Below the pieces are notes generated by a model, which ran no database searches, had not been told where the DNA came from, and worked only from the letters and a program-made list of their open reading frames with translations. DNA of 59,655 nucleotides, filler included, from Diploschistes diacapsis (taxonomy: Eukaryota): NCBI GenBank assembly GCA_023645945.1. It is 7 parts of 7 records of this genome, joined end to end, with 100 filler letters (N's around TTAATTAATTAA, not from the genome) between each part and the next. Parts side by side here need not be neighbours in the genome. Positions count along the whole stretch, not along the records: positions 1 to 8,446 come from JALAIB010001150.1; positions 8,547 to 16,991 come from JALAIB010001151.1; 5 more parts are not named here. One strand, given 5' to 3'. The translations under genes and the position numbers were made by a program. Shown here one piece after another: positions 1-11,643 of this stretch (positions are counted from its first letter, which is position 1; each line of letters starts with the position of its first letter).

Positions 1-214
1 GGAGAATGGATGGGCCCAGGTATGAAGCACCTATCTTGTCCAAGTATGATAGCAAGCAAACAACTGGGGACAGCTATAGGTAGTAAACCAGCCTGCATTT
101 TCTAACCTCATCCCAATACTCCAAGCTCAATGCTCCTGTAGTATAACAATCTGTTGTGAAGCTACCCTCGTTCATGACATACTAAGGAATGCTCCCTTCA
201 CGGGCGTTGCAGAG

Positions 215-976
215 CTAGCGGATCCTGGAGTGCTTCGCGGCGCGTGCCGGCATCGCAGGCGCTCGACCATGGTTGCCTTCCAACGCATCTGCATCTGCGT
301 GGTACCGCTGTACATGGGCCGCGATCTTGTCGCGCCTGGTCAGGACCTTTTCACAATAGGGGCACCTGATGGTCTCAATCGAGATATGTTGGTCCTTAAC
401 GTGGCGAGTCAGACAGTCGGGCCTGCTAAAGGGCTGCTGGCTGCGATGGCAGTTTTCCCATCCACAAAGGATGAGTGGGCCATCTCTGCATGATTGGGTT
501 AGTTGTTACCTAACCATCCTTTCTTCGTGCTTCGCGAGAATAAGAATGTCACTCACTTCTTGCCCTTGCCGTGAGGGATGTGGTTTGCCTTCACGTGCTC
601 AAAAAGACTCTTGTTGGTGGGGTAGAATTCAAGTTCTGGACAGCCCAACCAGCGACAATAGATGCTGAGTGGTTGTGATTAGTCATATCTTCCCTCAATA
701 GGTACAGGGGGGTTACCTGCTGTCATCTCCTTGGCAATCGGACGAGATGGCTGGTAGAAGCCTGCGGGGCCATATGATCAGTTTGGGTAAAAAAAAATCT
801 CACGGTGAGATCCCCGTTATTGTTGGATTAACGCCTTGTTGCAAGGCGCCTTGGATCGAATGGGTCAATGATTCGCCAGGAATGGTGGCCTCGTGCGAAT
901 CAACAGGCGCTAGGGCCGACCGAAGGGCGGAAAGGGTGGAAGACCCTGGCCCGGACGATGACTGTTGGAGGGACAT
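215..976 (-). CDS. Three-finger C2H2 zinc-finger protein, GLI/ZIC/PacC-type tandem CWCH2 arrangement (~198 aa, 4 exons); only exon 1 appears in the ORF track
   Basis: Manual splicing on the minus strand: exons 976-804, 761-717, 664-557, 485-215. Introns are GT..AG with CTGAT/CTAAT/CTAAC branch sites and all preserve frame. Product contains YCRWLGCPELEFYPTNKSLFEHVKANH...LCGWENCHRSQQPFSRPDCLTRHVKDQH...IRCPYCEKVLTRRDKIAAHVQRYH. TAG at 217-215. Confidence 0.85.
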
Positions 977-1271
977 CTTTGAACGAAGAAATAGCTGTTG
1001 AAAACTTGCAGCAGAGAAAATATGTTTGGGAAGACTTGGGTCTGGCACCCTTCTTATCTTTTTTGAACTTACCTCCCTCTTTAACAAGGCTTTAAGCTTG
1101 GTTATTCGCCTTATAATTCGACCGCCCTCTCTGATTCAGGCATGCTCGATTGCGTTCAGTTCCACTAGCCCTGTTCCTCGAAACGTTCTCGGGAACAGCG
1201 TTGTCTGAACTGTGTATTTCCAATATTGTACTAAGTACCAAATAGTCTCAAATGACTTCGATTTCTACAAG

Positions 1272-3888
1272 ATGAAAATTAGCCGCTTTCGCAATACGAC
1301 GCCTTCTATATACGAAGAAGCACGCCTGGGGTCGGCAAAAGACACTTCACCTGGCGGGGAGCTTAAGACCAGGAGAATTGTTCGTGACTTTTCTAAGGAG
1401 CACGTATGCAGATTTTGTGGAAAGCCACATGCGCGGAGGACAGACCTCAAGTAGCCTACGTTCTATAAGAACTGAATAACCCAGAAACTGACCACCTGGT
1501 AGTCTTCACTTGAAAAGGGTCCATGAGCGACCCCATGCCTGTACAAGTTGTACCCAAAAGTTTGGACTGAAGTCCGATTTGGAGAAGCATGTAGCGAAGC
1601 ATTATCGGGACAATCGCTTCTTCTCCTGTACATGGCCTGGCTGCACTAGTAAAGGTTTCTCACGGAAACAGCATCTGAAGAGGCATATCGAGCGTTTGCA
1701 CGTAAAAGAAAATGCCGAGACTCAGCAAGCTCACAATCATGGGATTGACAGTGTTCAGGAGATTCTTGAGCTGTCAAAGCGCGATGCCAAAGCCAAAGAG
1801 AAGAGGTTGGCAAAAGAGTACACAATCATGGCCTCCTTTCATGAAGCCATCCTCCGCAAGGACGTCCCTGAATTGGAACTGTTATTCTCAGAAAATAAGC
1901 TCGACATTAATTATGTAGATGCTAATGGAAACACTGCAGTGCATCTTGCTGCAGAACATGGAAGCGCCCCCGTTCTACAATTTCTTTTGTCAAAAGGTGC
2001 AGATCCAACCCCACCAAACAGATCCTCGTTACGGCCGTTATACATTGCCGCACGTTTCGGGCACGATGAAGCCTTAAAGGTTCTGCTAGACGCCGGTTGC
2101 ACGGACTTTAACAACCAGGCTTCAAAAGAAGCAATCCATAAAGGGCAGGAGAACATCATTCGAATACTGTTGGCACGTGGGGTCGTTGATCGAAAACGTG
2201 AGGAATTGGTATCTCGAGCTATTGAGAACGGAAATGAAGAGATGTGTAAGACGATATTAGAGTTTGGAGTACCTGTGAATTCTGGAATTCATTGTCGGGA
2301 TGAGCTTGTTCATGCTGCATCAGGAGGCCATGCATCAATCACGAAAATTTTAGTGAACCATAAGAGCTATAGTGATTCCAAGCTCTCGAAGGCCATAGCA
2401 TTGTTTCAAGCTTGCTTAGGAGGTCATCTCGAAACGGCGAAGGTACTTCTTACGGCGGGTGCTGACCCCAATGGCAATCCCACCAGGCATCATCCCACGC
2501 CGCTTGAAGCTGGTTTTGAGAAACGGCACATGGAAATTATCTCCTTGCTGTTGAGTTTCGGTGCACAACCTCATTTTCAATACGAAGACAACAAGGAGAG
2601 TGTTATTGAAAGGGCTTCAGCTTCTGGCGACCTCTCGATGGTGAAACTTCTCCTCAGTCAAGATGTTCGAGAAACGGAGAGCTCTGACACGCAAGCGGCT
2701 CGGAGCTCCTTAGACACTGCCTTGGCTGCTGCTGTGACACATGGACAGCGTGAGATGGTATCTTACTTGCTGGAGAGAGGAGCAAATGTCAAATCTTGTG
2801 GTGAAAAACCATTACGTGCGGCTTGCAAAGCAGGCTATATTGAATGTATAAGGCCACTCTTGAGGTATGGTGTTGACCTCGATCTTCAAGATCAAAAAGG
2901 TGTCACAGCGCTCATGCTTGCTTCTCGGCATCGTAGTGAAGGCTGTTTGAAGCCTCTGCTTCAGCATGGGGCCAACGCCAATCTTCAAGATGAATCCGGT
3001 GACACAGCACTCATAATTGCTTGTCGTTATAATGATACAGGCAATGTGGAGCTTCTACTTCAGCATTGGGCCAACGCCAATCTTCAAGATAAATCCGGTA
3101 ACACAGCACTCATGCGTGCTTCTGTGCATGGTATAAAAGGCTGTTTGGAGCTTCTACTTCGGCATGGGGCCAACGCCAATCTTCAAGATAAATCCGGTGA
3201 CACAGCACTCATGATTGCTTGTCGTTATGATAATCCAGGCAATGTGGAGCTTCTACTTCAGCATAGGGCCAACGCCAATCTTTATGACAAACGAGGCAAA
3301 ACAGCGCTTATTCTTGCTTCTGAACATAGATATACGGACCATGTAAAGCTTTTGCTTCAGTATGGGGCCAACGCCAATCTTCAAGATGAATCCGGTGACA
3401 CAGCACTCATGATTGCTTGTCGTTATGATAATCCAGGCAATATGGAGCTTCTACTTCAGCATGGGGCCAACGCCAATCTTCAAGATAAATCCGGTGACAC
3501 AGCACTCATGATTGCTTGTCGTTATGATAATTCAGGCAATGTGGAGCTTCTACTTCAGCATGGGGCCAACGCCAATCTTCAAGATAAATCCGGTTACACA
3601 GCACTCATGCGTGCTTGTCGTTATGATAATACAGGCAATGTGGAGCTTCTACTTCAGCATGGGGCCGATGCTGATGTTTATGACAAGCGAGGCAACACAG
3701 CGCTTATGGTAGCTTCATATTACAAATGCGAGGGTTGTGTGAGGCTTCTACTTGAGCATGGCGCAAACACCAATTATCAAGATTGTGAAGGCAAGACAGC
3801 CCTCACTCTTGCTATGGAATCCGGTGCGGGAAATATTGCACAGCTCCTGCACCAGCACGAAGTTAATCTGTACAACTCTGCTTTCTAA
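1272..3888 (+). CDS. 3x C2H2 zinc finger plus long ankyrin-repeat protein
   Basis: ATG 1272. Intron 1451-1502 (GTAGCC..CTGAC..TAG) completes finger 1 HVCRFCGKPHARRTDLNLHLKRVH. Fingers 2-3 are CTSC..HVAKH and CTWPGC..HIERLH, followed by many GxTAL/PL-type ankyrin repeats to TAA 3888. Confidence 0.9.
2863..3852 (+). repeat. Intragenic 99-bp tandem array encoding ~10 ankyrin repeats with high internal conservation
   Basis: Motif CAGCATGGGGCCAACGCCAATCTTCAAGAT (with variants) recurs at 2962, 3061, 3160, 3259, 3358, 3457, 3556, 3655, 3754, an exact 99-bp period. First and last units are more diverged. Confidence 0.95.
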
Positions 3889-4271
3889 AGGGCTCTTTAG
3901 ATGTGTGACATGGACGGTCCAAGATCGTCGAGGCTTGCCATCACGCAGACGGAAGATTTGGAGTTAGCGCCTTGAAGATCCTTGAAGAGAGAGTGATCGC
4001 TAAGAGCGGCGTGCAAGGGTGCAGCGAAGGAGAACAGCATGGAATAGGAGATTCCGCATAGCAATATGGGGGATAGGATTAGGCCTACGTGTGATCTTCA
4101 GTGTTCAACAAGGAAAAGATGTTATGTTACAGTAGGGAATTGGATACGAGGCTCATATTGGCATGCTTATGAAGGTGGTTTTAAAATTGTATAAGTTTGG
4201 AAAGTCCCTAGGTATCCAAGATTGTGACAACGGAGAACAATCGCCATGTTAGATTTTTACGAAACTGGAAA

Positions 4272-5826
4272 TTAAACTTCCAAATCTAGCTTTTCATGCT
4301 TCCACTTTCTGCCTCCCTCGCCTGCATGGTATTCACCGGCGCTCTGTCCAGATCCATCAACAATGTACTTGTAGATCGTCAGCCCTTCCAGGCCGACGGG
4401 GCCCCTTGAATGGATCTTGTTCGTGCTGATGCCGACCTCGGTGCCGAAGCCGAACCGCATGCCATCCGACATCCTAGTGCTAGTATTCCAAAAGACGCAA
4501 GCGCTATCGACCCCGTTTTGGAACCTGCGCGCAATGCTCCGGGAAGCCGCGAGGATGGCGTCTGTGTGCTTCGAAGAGTGAGAGTTGATGTGCGCAACTG
4601 CAAGGTCGACAGCTGCCTCCGGGGACGATGTCTGCGGAATGGTCTTGATGGCAAGAACGAGGTCCAGGAACTCGGTGGAGAAGTCCGATTCCTCTGCCTC
4701 CTGAAGAAGGGCAGCATGAGCCTTGTCTAGTGAAACAGATAGGGCTGCTTTCGACTTCTCGTCGCATCGTAGGGACACTCCTTGCTGTAATAGGTTCAGG
4801 GCAACAGCGGGTAGGATCGTGGCCAATACAGCCTCATCGACGAGCAAAGTTTCCAGCGAGTTACAGGCTGCGGGATAGCCAAGCTTAGCATCTGAGATGA
4901 CCTTGACGGCCATGTCTAGATCGGCGTCGGCGTGGATGTATGTGCTGCAGAGACCATCTGCGTGGCCCAGAACGGGGATCTTGGTGTTGTTCTTGATATA
5001 GGTGACAAGCTCATTTGACCCGCGAGGTATGACAAGATCAATGTACTTGTCCAGAGAAAGCAGCTGTGGTATGACATCCCGGGTCTTGAGAAGCTGAATT
5101 GACGCATTCGGCACCTCAGTCCGACGGAGTGCTTCTGAGATTACGGTAGAGATGGTCACAAAAGACTCGGTAGATTCCTTACCGCCTAGAGATTATGAGA
5201 TCGTGTCGCTAAGGCACGCTCATAGAACACACCTTTTAGGATCGCCGCATTCCCAGATTTGATGGCCAGGGAGGCTATATTCGCGATGACCTCGGGGCGT
5301 GCTTCGAAAATGATCAACAAGACGCCAATAGGGGCAGTTACTCGTTCAAGTTCCAGACCATCATCAAGGCGTGTCCTTAATGTGACTTTACCAACTTTAC
5401 TTGTGCCTACTCCACGGGATGCTCTGCTTTTCAATTGCTATTGCCATTGAAGGCAAAGCCCCCTCCGGAGTTCCTGGCACATCGTGAGCTTGTAGTTTGA
5501 CAGTTACCTCGAGACTAGAGCTCACTCGGATCTTCCAGGTTTCGAACATCCAGGATCCCCTGCAGCATATCCTCCCATTTCCCTTTCCTACTTAAATCTA
5601 GTCTTTTGAGTATACTCTGACTCAGTCGGCCATCAACTGTGGCTTGGGTAGCTGCTCCAACATCTTGCGCGTTTGCGGCAAAAATCTGGTCTTTAGCACC
5701 TGCAAGGGCAGCATGGATAGCTGTCAATGCATCATTCCGTGCCTTGACAGGCAGTATAGCAATGCTGCGTGCTGATATAGACGCTGCCTTGGCAACTTCC
5801 AAGGGTGAAGAGTCCGTTACCGACAT
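4272..5826 (-). CDS. PRO2: Gamma-glutamyl phosphate reductase (glutamate-5-semialdehyde dehydrogenase), 3 exons
   Basis: Motifs [73 protein letters not shown]. Exons ~5826-5526, ~5394-5233, 5185-4272. The first acceptor is uncertain. Confidence 0.93.
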
Positions 5827-6141
5827 TATTCCCGTCCCTGATTAAACCATTATGACCCTTTCCAAGACCCAGGGTTGCTGCTAAGCCTTAATGGAAGCTT
5901 TATTCATAGCGAACAGGATGGATATTATTCCATGCAGTGGTAGGCCTGATCTCTGCCCTCTGAAAAGGTGAACGCGTAAATTCTAGATCCGGCTTAAAGC
6001 CGAACCGTACCGTCTTGTAGAGCTTGAACTTGAATCATAAGAGCAGACGGAGCTTCTACACATTTCATTTGAAATGTTCTCATAATTTTTACTTTTCTTA
6101 GGATCAGAGTTTCTCTGGATCATGCGGTATTGGCTGCAATT

Positions 6142-7798
6142 ATGGACGAGCTTTATGGAAGATTAAGAGAGTTTCCTATCGCGCCCCTAGTCAGCATTCG
6201 CGAGATACCCGAATCGGATATTGAAGCACAACTCAAGAAGCTGCTCAAGCTATTAAATAGCACCGCCGGTAGCAAGTTGCTGGGAAACATTACAAGCGGG
6301 CAAAGCTTGTTAGACGTGGGTTTCTAAAGTGAGATGCGCCTGCTGTCGCTGATTCTACAAAGGCTCTGACGCTTCCACACAATACTCTTCCCTACCTTTA
6401 CACGCTGCTTGCCCATATTCAATCTCAGAATGGACTATCACCTACCTCTCCGCTTTGGTTCCGAGCGCAAGAGTTTGTGCTATCTTTTGATCCTCTGCAA
6501 GTGCGATACGCTGGCCATGAGTTCAGGCGGCTGCTGGAGGCTATAGCATATGGGGCAGAGGTATTCAAGAGCGTCGGTCTCCCTACACTGACCCAAGCAA
6601 TAATCTAAAGTTTTCATAGCCCGCTGCTGCCACTATACTCATACAACAAGCTCTACTTCGTCTCGATCCTGGCACATCAACATTTACATCGTTACACCTA
6701 CTCTTTGCCCGCCTCTGCCTTGTCTCACGTGCCTACACCGAAGCTCTCCCTATTCTCGACAATAACATCTACCACATTGCCCCTCCCAAGAGCGGTGCCA
6801 GCGATAGGCAAAACCGCGCACTGTGCTCGTCCAGAAATCCAAGTCCCACATTTATCACCCAAGAAGCGGGATTCTCCACTTCACTCGAATACTCCGACCA
6901 CCTTCTGTACTACCTTTACGGCGCTATGATATATGTGGGAGCCAAAAAGCGGGAACGGGCGCTGTCCTTTCTAGAGACTGTCATGCTCTCCCCAGCGATC
7001 AACACAGCCAGCATGATACAGGTCGAGGCCTGCAAGAAGTGGATACTGGTCAGCCTACTCCAACACGGCAAAGTCCCGTACATGCCCCGCGGCGTAAACA
7101 TAGGGACAGCGAAGCTTTATCGTGCAATTGGAAAGCCATACGAAGCTCTTGCTGAAGCCTTCAAGAACGCCGACCCGCAGAAGCTCCGAGATGAGGTAAG
7201 GGCGGGAGAGAAGATTTGGCAAAACGTATGTAGCCCTATTATGTTCCATATCCGTTCCGCAAGCTGACCCAATCTCTAATAGGACTCCAACACAGGCCTC
7301 GTTCTGCTCCTCCTCAGCGCCCATCAACGCTTCGCCGTCCAGTCACTCTCGAGAGTTTACTCTTCCCTCCCCCTCTCTACCGTATACACCCTCGTCTTTC
7401 CCCCTCATATCACCCTCGAAGAAACCCACATCTACATAACGGAGCTCGTCGCCAGCAACCAACTGAACGCCCACCTCACGAAAACCGACCACGCTGCCAA
7501 TGCAATTTTACGATTCACCAACCCCACCAGCCCATCATGGATATCAGCGGCTGCCGCTGCAGCGAAACAAGACGATCTAGACAAGACGCCCGAGCTACAG
7601 GAGCAGAAGGCGAGGATCGAGGCGCTGAGCGAGAGGATGCGAGACACGCGGCACAGGCTAGAAATAACGCGACAGTATGCAGAAGCACTGGCCAAGGCGC
7701 GCAAGGCGGATGCGGACGCCAAAGCCGGCGTTGGCGCGGGGTCGAGCAATGGAATAGCTGATTTCGTCAAGGATGAAGAGCTGCTGGACACGGTGTGA
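6142..7798 (+). CDS. CSN3: COP9 signalosome subunit 3 (PCI domain), multi-exon
   Basis: Spliced exons give FDPLQVRYAGHEFRRL, LLRLDPGTSTFTSLHLLFARLCL, LLYYLYGAMIY, ASMIQVEACKKWILVSLL, typical of fungal Csn3. ATG 6142, TGA 7796-7798. Confidence 0.85.
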
Positions 7799-8446
7799 GA
7801 TCTTCAATGGCATCTTCAAGAAGTGGGAGGCATTTACTTAGCGGCATGAGTACCAAGGGGGCCTTGGCACGCAGACTCTGTTGAGTTCAGTGCTTGGCGT
7901 TCCCATGTTGGATGGCTTTATGTGGCTGCGTGTTTTTTTATGATGGTGGGGGTTTACAAGCATCATAGATGAGTGATGAGGATACGAACAGCATGCTTCT
8001 CGCACGAGGCTAGTGGCTACGTGTACTCTGTGGATCGTATGAGATAGATAGGGTTCTAGGGCTTTGCCTATCTACATACTTGAATTCATTCAAGAGCATC
8101 TCGGGCTTATCTCGGGCTGTACCTGCGCACCGCTTTGTACTTTTCCTCCATTCCCTGTGACATTGTCACTGATGATGTGCTTGAGCTCCAGGTCAACGGG
8201 CTATGTTCAGCGTCAAAACAGTCACAGGACACAGCTCACTCGCTACACGCAGTCTACCAAACGCGATCCAATGCCGCGGTACATACCTCTCCTACTCCGC
8301 AGTACCCTTTACTTCCTCTAACTCCCTCCATGTTCTCTATGCACCGAACCCCCAACCCTCCCACCGCCAACCGCTATCCCCATCATCCACATTCCCTTCT
8401 ATTCCACACCCGCCCTGTGTGTACCAGTGGGGTGCCAAAAGCAGTT

Positions 8447-8546
8447 NNNNNNNNNNNNNNNNNNNNNNNNNNNNNNNNNNNNNNNNNNNNTTAATTAATT
8501 AANNNNNNNNNNNNNNNNNNNNNNNNNNNNNNNNNNNNNNNNNNNN
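8447..8546. other. Artificial contig linker N44-TTAATTAATTAA-N44
   Basis: Identical 100-bp structure occurs six times. TTAATTAATTAA puts stops in all six frames. Confidence 0.98.
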
Positions 8547-10532
8547 CTCCACCACCAGGCCCCCCTTCCCCCTTCTCGGCCGCGATCCTATCCTCCGGCA
8601 TGCTCGGCCTCCCGCCCATGGACGCCAGCACGACATCGCTCGTCGCCGTCGGCGAATCCAGGATCCGCAGCTCGTGCGCGGAAAAGAAGCGGGGCATGAG
8701 CATCCACCGCAGCGGGATGAGGGCGATGATCAGCACGGGAAAGCCGATGGCCGCAATGGTCTGGCTTATCGCAACGGTGGTCGCGATGCCCAGGCCCTGC
8801 CAGCCCAGATACTGCCAGATCTTGCGCCTGGGCACGCAGAGCAGGGGTTCGGTCGAGGGCACGAAGCGCGGCTCGCGCAGGAGGTAGAGCATCTTCTTCG
8901 TGATGCCGGACCCCTCGAGGCCGCCGTAGCCGACGACGAAGAAGACGCCGCCGAAGAGGCCGCGTGGGATGGTGTGCAGGACGACGAGCAGGGGCCCGGT
9001 CATGGTGCCGAGGAGGGCGAGGCCCATGACGAAGGCGGAGAGGCGCTGTTCTTTGACTTCGACGGCTCGGACGACGGGTTGGTTGAGTTTCGTTCCGTCT
9101 TCTAGGGGTTTGGCGTCGAGGGAGGTGGAGTAGACGGTGACGGAGTCGGTGTGAACCGGGGCCTGTGGTACGAGGCCGTTGGGCAGGGGGATGTTGAGAA
9201 CGCCGGCGCCGAAGCAGGAGCAGCCCATGAGGAAGAAGTCCCAGTGGAAGCCACCGGGCTTGCGTAGGGGGAAGTGGCGGGCTTGAGATGCTATCGAGGA
9301 AACATTCTGCAGAGGAGAAGAGAGTCAGCAATGATGACAAGGAAGAAGAGATACAGCAATGGCGCCACGAGGTAAGTACTGTAACAGTATGGCACTCTGG
9401 ACTAACGTGATCATAGTAGAATAAAAGCATGAGAAGGAAACCGATGGGCAGGGCGACAAAGATCCATTTCACGGGCATGGTCCAGAAAGCAACGACCCAG
9501 GGCCGGTCGACGGTGGGGTAGAAGGCGGGAGTATGGGCAAGGGTAGTTATCTCAACGTCGTGGAGGGTTCCCGGGATGTGCGAGAAGCCCGTCCAGAAGA
9601 TCGTGGCGATCTAACTATTCGTCAGCCCCTAAACTGTCGAAAGAAGGTAGTAGGTTGACACCATACCGGATATGCATAATCTCCTAGAATGCCGCGAATC
9701 CAGGGCCTAAACAGTGTACTCTTCCCTACCGACTCAAGTGCGTATACGGTGCCGAAATACAGAATCGCAATCATCGTGCTCATGTACCCGTCCACAGACC
9801 CATGCTCGGAAAACTCTGCAACGAGCAGCTCGACCCCTTTGACTATTCAACAGTCAGTGCCCCAGTCCGCTACGTCGCAGACTCTGGTCGGCGTACTTAA
9901 GTATATAATACTAACGTAGTATCCAAAACTCTGACTCGAAAAGTCCGTCACGTAGCGCATGTAGTCGCACAGATTCCAGATCGCGACCAGCCAGTGAAAG
10001 ATGGCAGCCCATATCGACACCCAGACCATGAAGCACGGAAACAGGCTCACATCATATATGGCGATGATCATGTATATGGTGTAGTTAAACAACGAGATCA
10101 AGCCTGTGATACCGACAATGGTCAACGGTTGAGCGGCCAACACGCTGAAGATGATGGCGCCAAACGCGGACGACAGGAGGGCTTCGTTGATGCCGTAGAA
10201 TCCACCAGTGCGATCGCCCATGTCGAGGATGAAGGCTATAGCTGGCAGAAGGCTATACCGACATCTCGGGTCAGCTTACCTAGGGTTCCTTTTTTGGGGC
10301 ATCAAGGCAACCCATTGGGGGGGGGCAGTACGCACTTGACAAAGTATATCCGCACCGTGCCGGCAAAGGTCCTGTAATTGAAGGCGTCGGTGATGTCGCT
10401 GAGATAGTAAGGCGCGCGCCGTCTCACGTCGCAGTACATGCCCCAGAACGGGCGCAACGGGCGGTATCGTCGGCGACCCTTGGCCTGATCATACCCGCCA
10501 TAGGAATCCTTCTTGGGGTCGACTGATGCCAT
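8547..10532 (-). CDS. BOR1: Boron efflux / HCO3- (SLC4) family transporter, multi-exon, 3' end cut by contig end
   Basis: RRRAPYYLSDITDAFNYRTFAGTVRIYF, LAAQPLTIVGITGLISLFNY, VTDFSSQSFG, LLFYYDH, GFHWDFFLMG, NGLVPQAPVHT, VKEQRLS, QTIAAIGFP. Confidence 0.92.
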
Positions 10533-11643
10533 GGTGGACTACCGGTTGCGGCAACAGTGCTTTGAGCAGAAACAAAGTCTCTATATCCTGAGACGCATTG
10601 CAGTGACGAAAGCTCCTCCAACGCCACCCGATGCAAGATCGCACATGAAGGTCTCTAGACCGGAGGCAATGGTCGGTGTAGATGAAGCTGCTGTCGGCCG
10701 TTGTGGTAGATTTTTCTTTTTTCGTGCCAATCACCCCCACTCGAGAATCGGCGGCACCTTGCAACTTCTGTCAGCTTTTAGGCCCTGCAACAAACATTGT
10801 AGATTCAATTATAAATTACCCCAACGACAGACGTCGTAAATTCACACATCCCGACGATTACGCCTGCTTTGTCAGCAGCCGAGATCTACGTCACGTGTTT
10901 CACCACGAAACGGAACACACCACGAAGCGGAACACCACATTATAATGTAATTGCGCTAGATCGAGCGCTTCCATATTTGTACGAAGCTAAATCTGTTCTC
11001 AACCACACTACCCCGTTCTTCGGCCTTTAAGAAATACACTTTACGAAGGTGCAGGGATTGTGTTCCGCTTCGTGGGTGAAACACGTTAGTAGTAAACTTG
11101 GGACAGCCCATACCGAAAGTTATGAAACAGACGACCAGGCGTAAAAGCACACAGGCGTACCGTTGGTGAGATCACAATGGCCAGCACCCACTTTTATCAG
11201 CTCGCGTCCGGACACGCAAAGAAGGTAAGCGCACAATAATACAATCTGTACCTCCTACGGACAGACAGTACAAGGTTGCAGTTCATTGTCTATGGAAACA
11301 ACCTGACATACATTCGTAGCTCGTAGGACCTAGGGTATTAAGCAAATGCAGAATGGAGGACAGTCATCGGATCCCCAAGACGCCCAGGCCAAGCAAGGGA
11401 TTCTGAGCATCCTCTGTCCTCCGTACCACAAAGCTCCATTTGTATGTGCAAGCAACCAGTCGCCCAAGGAGCCAGATGGGCAACGCCAAAAACCCCTGCT
11501 TCCAGTTTCAAGCAATTCCTCTACCCTTTTTAGAGTGCAGTCGTGTCCATTCCATCGTAGCATGCATAACCCAACGCCCCCCATGCCTCTAGATGCACCT
11601 CTTTGGCCCCACACTCCCCGTTTTTATCGTCACCGGTTGCGCA

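Noticed and set aside
230..668. Plus-strand ORFs 230-493 and 369-668
   Set aside because: Antisense shadows of the spliced zinc-finger gene.
215..976. PacC/Rim101 orthologue
   Set aside because: Shares the tandem CWCH2 layout but lacks the PacC helices (KRDHITSH, RPQDLKKH) and the long C-terminal regulatory region.
2962..3760. CRISPR-like or non-coding repeat array
   Set aside because: The 99-bp period is 33 codons in frame, has no unique spacers and encodes ankyrin repeats; the context is eukaryotic.
8491..8502. TTAATTAATTAA as a biological palindrome or motif
   Set aside because: Identical in all six N-blocks; a synthetic six-frame stop linker.
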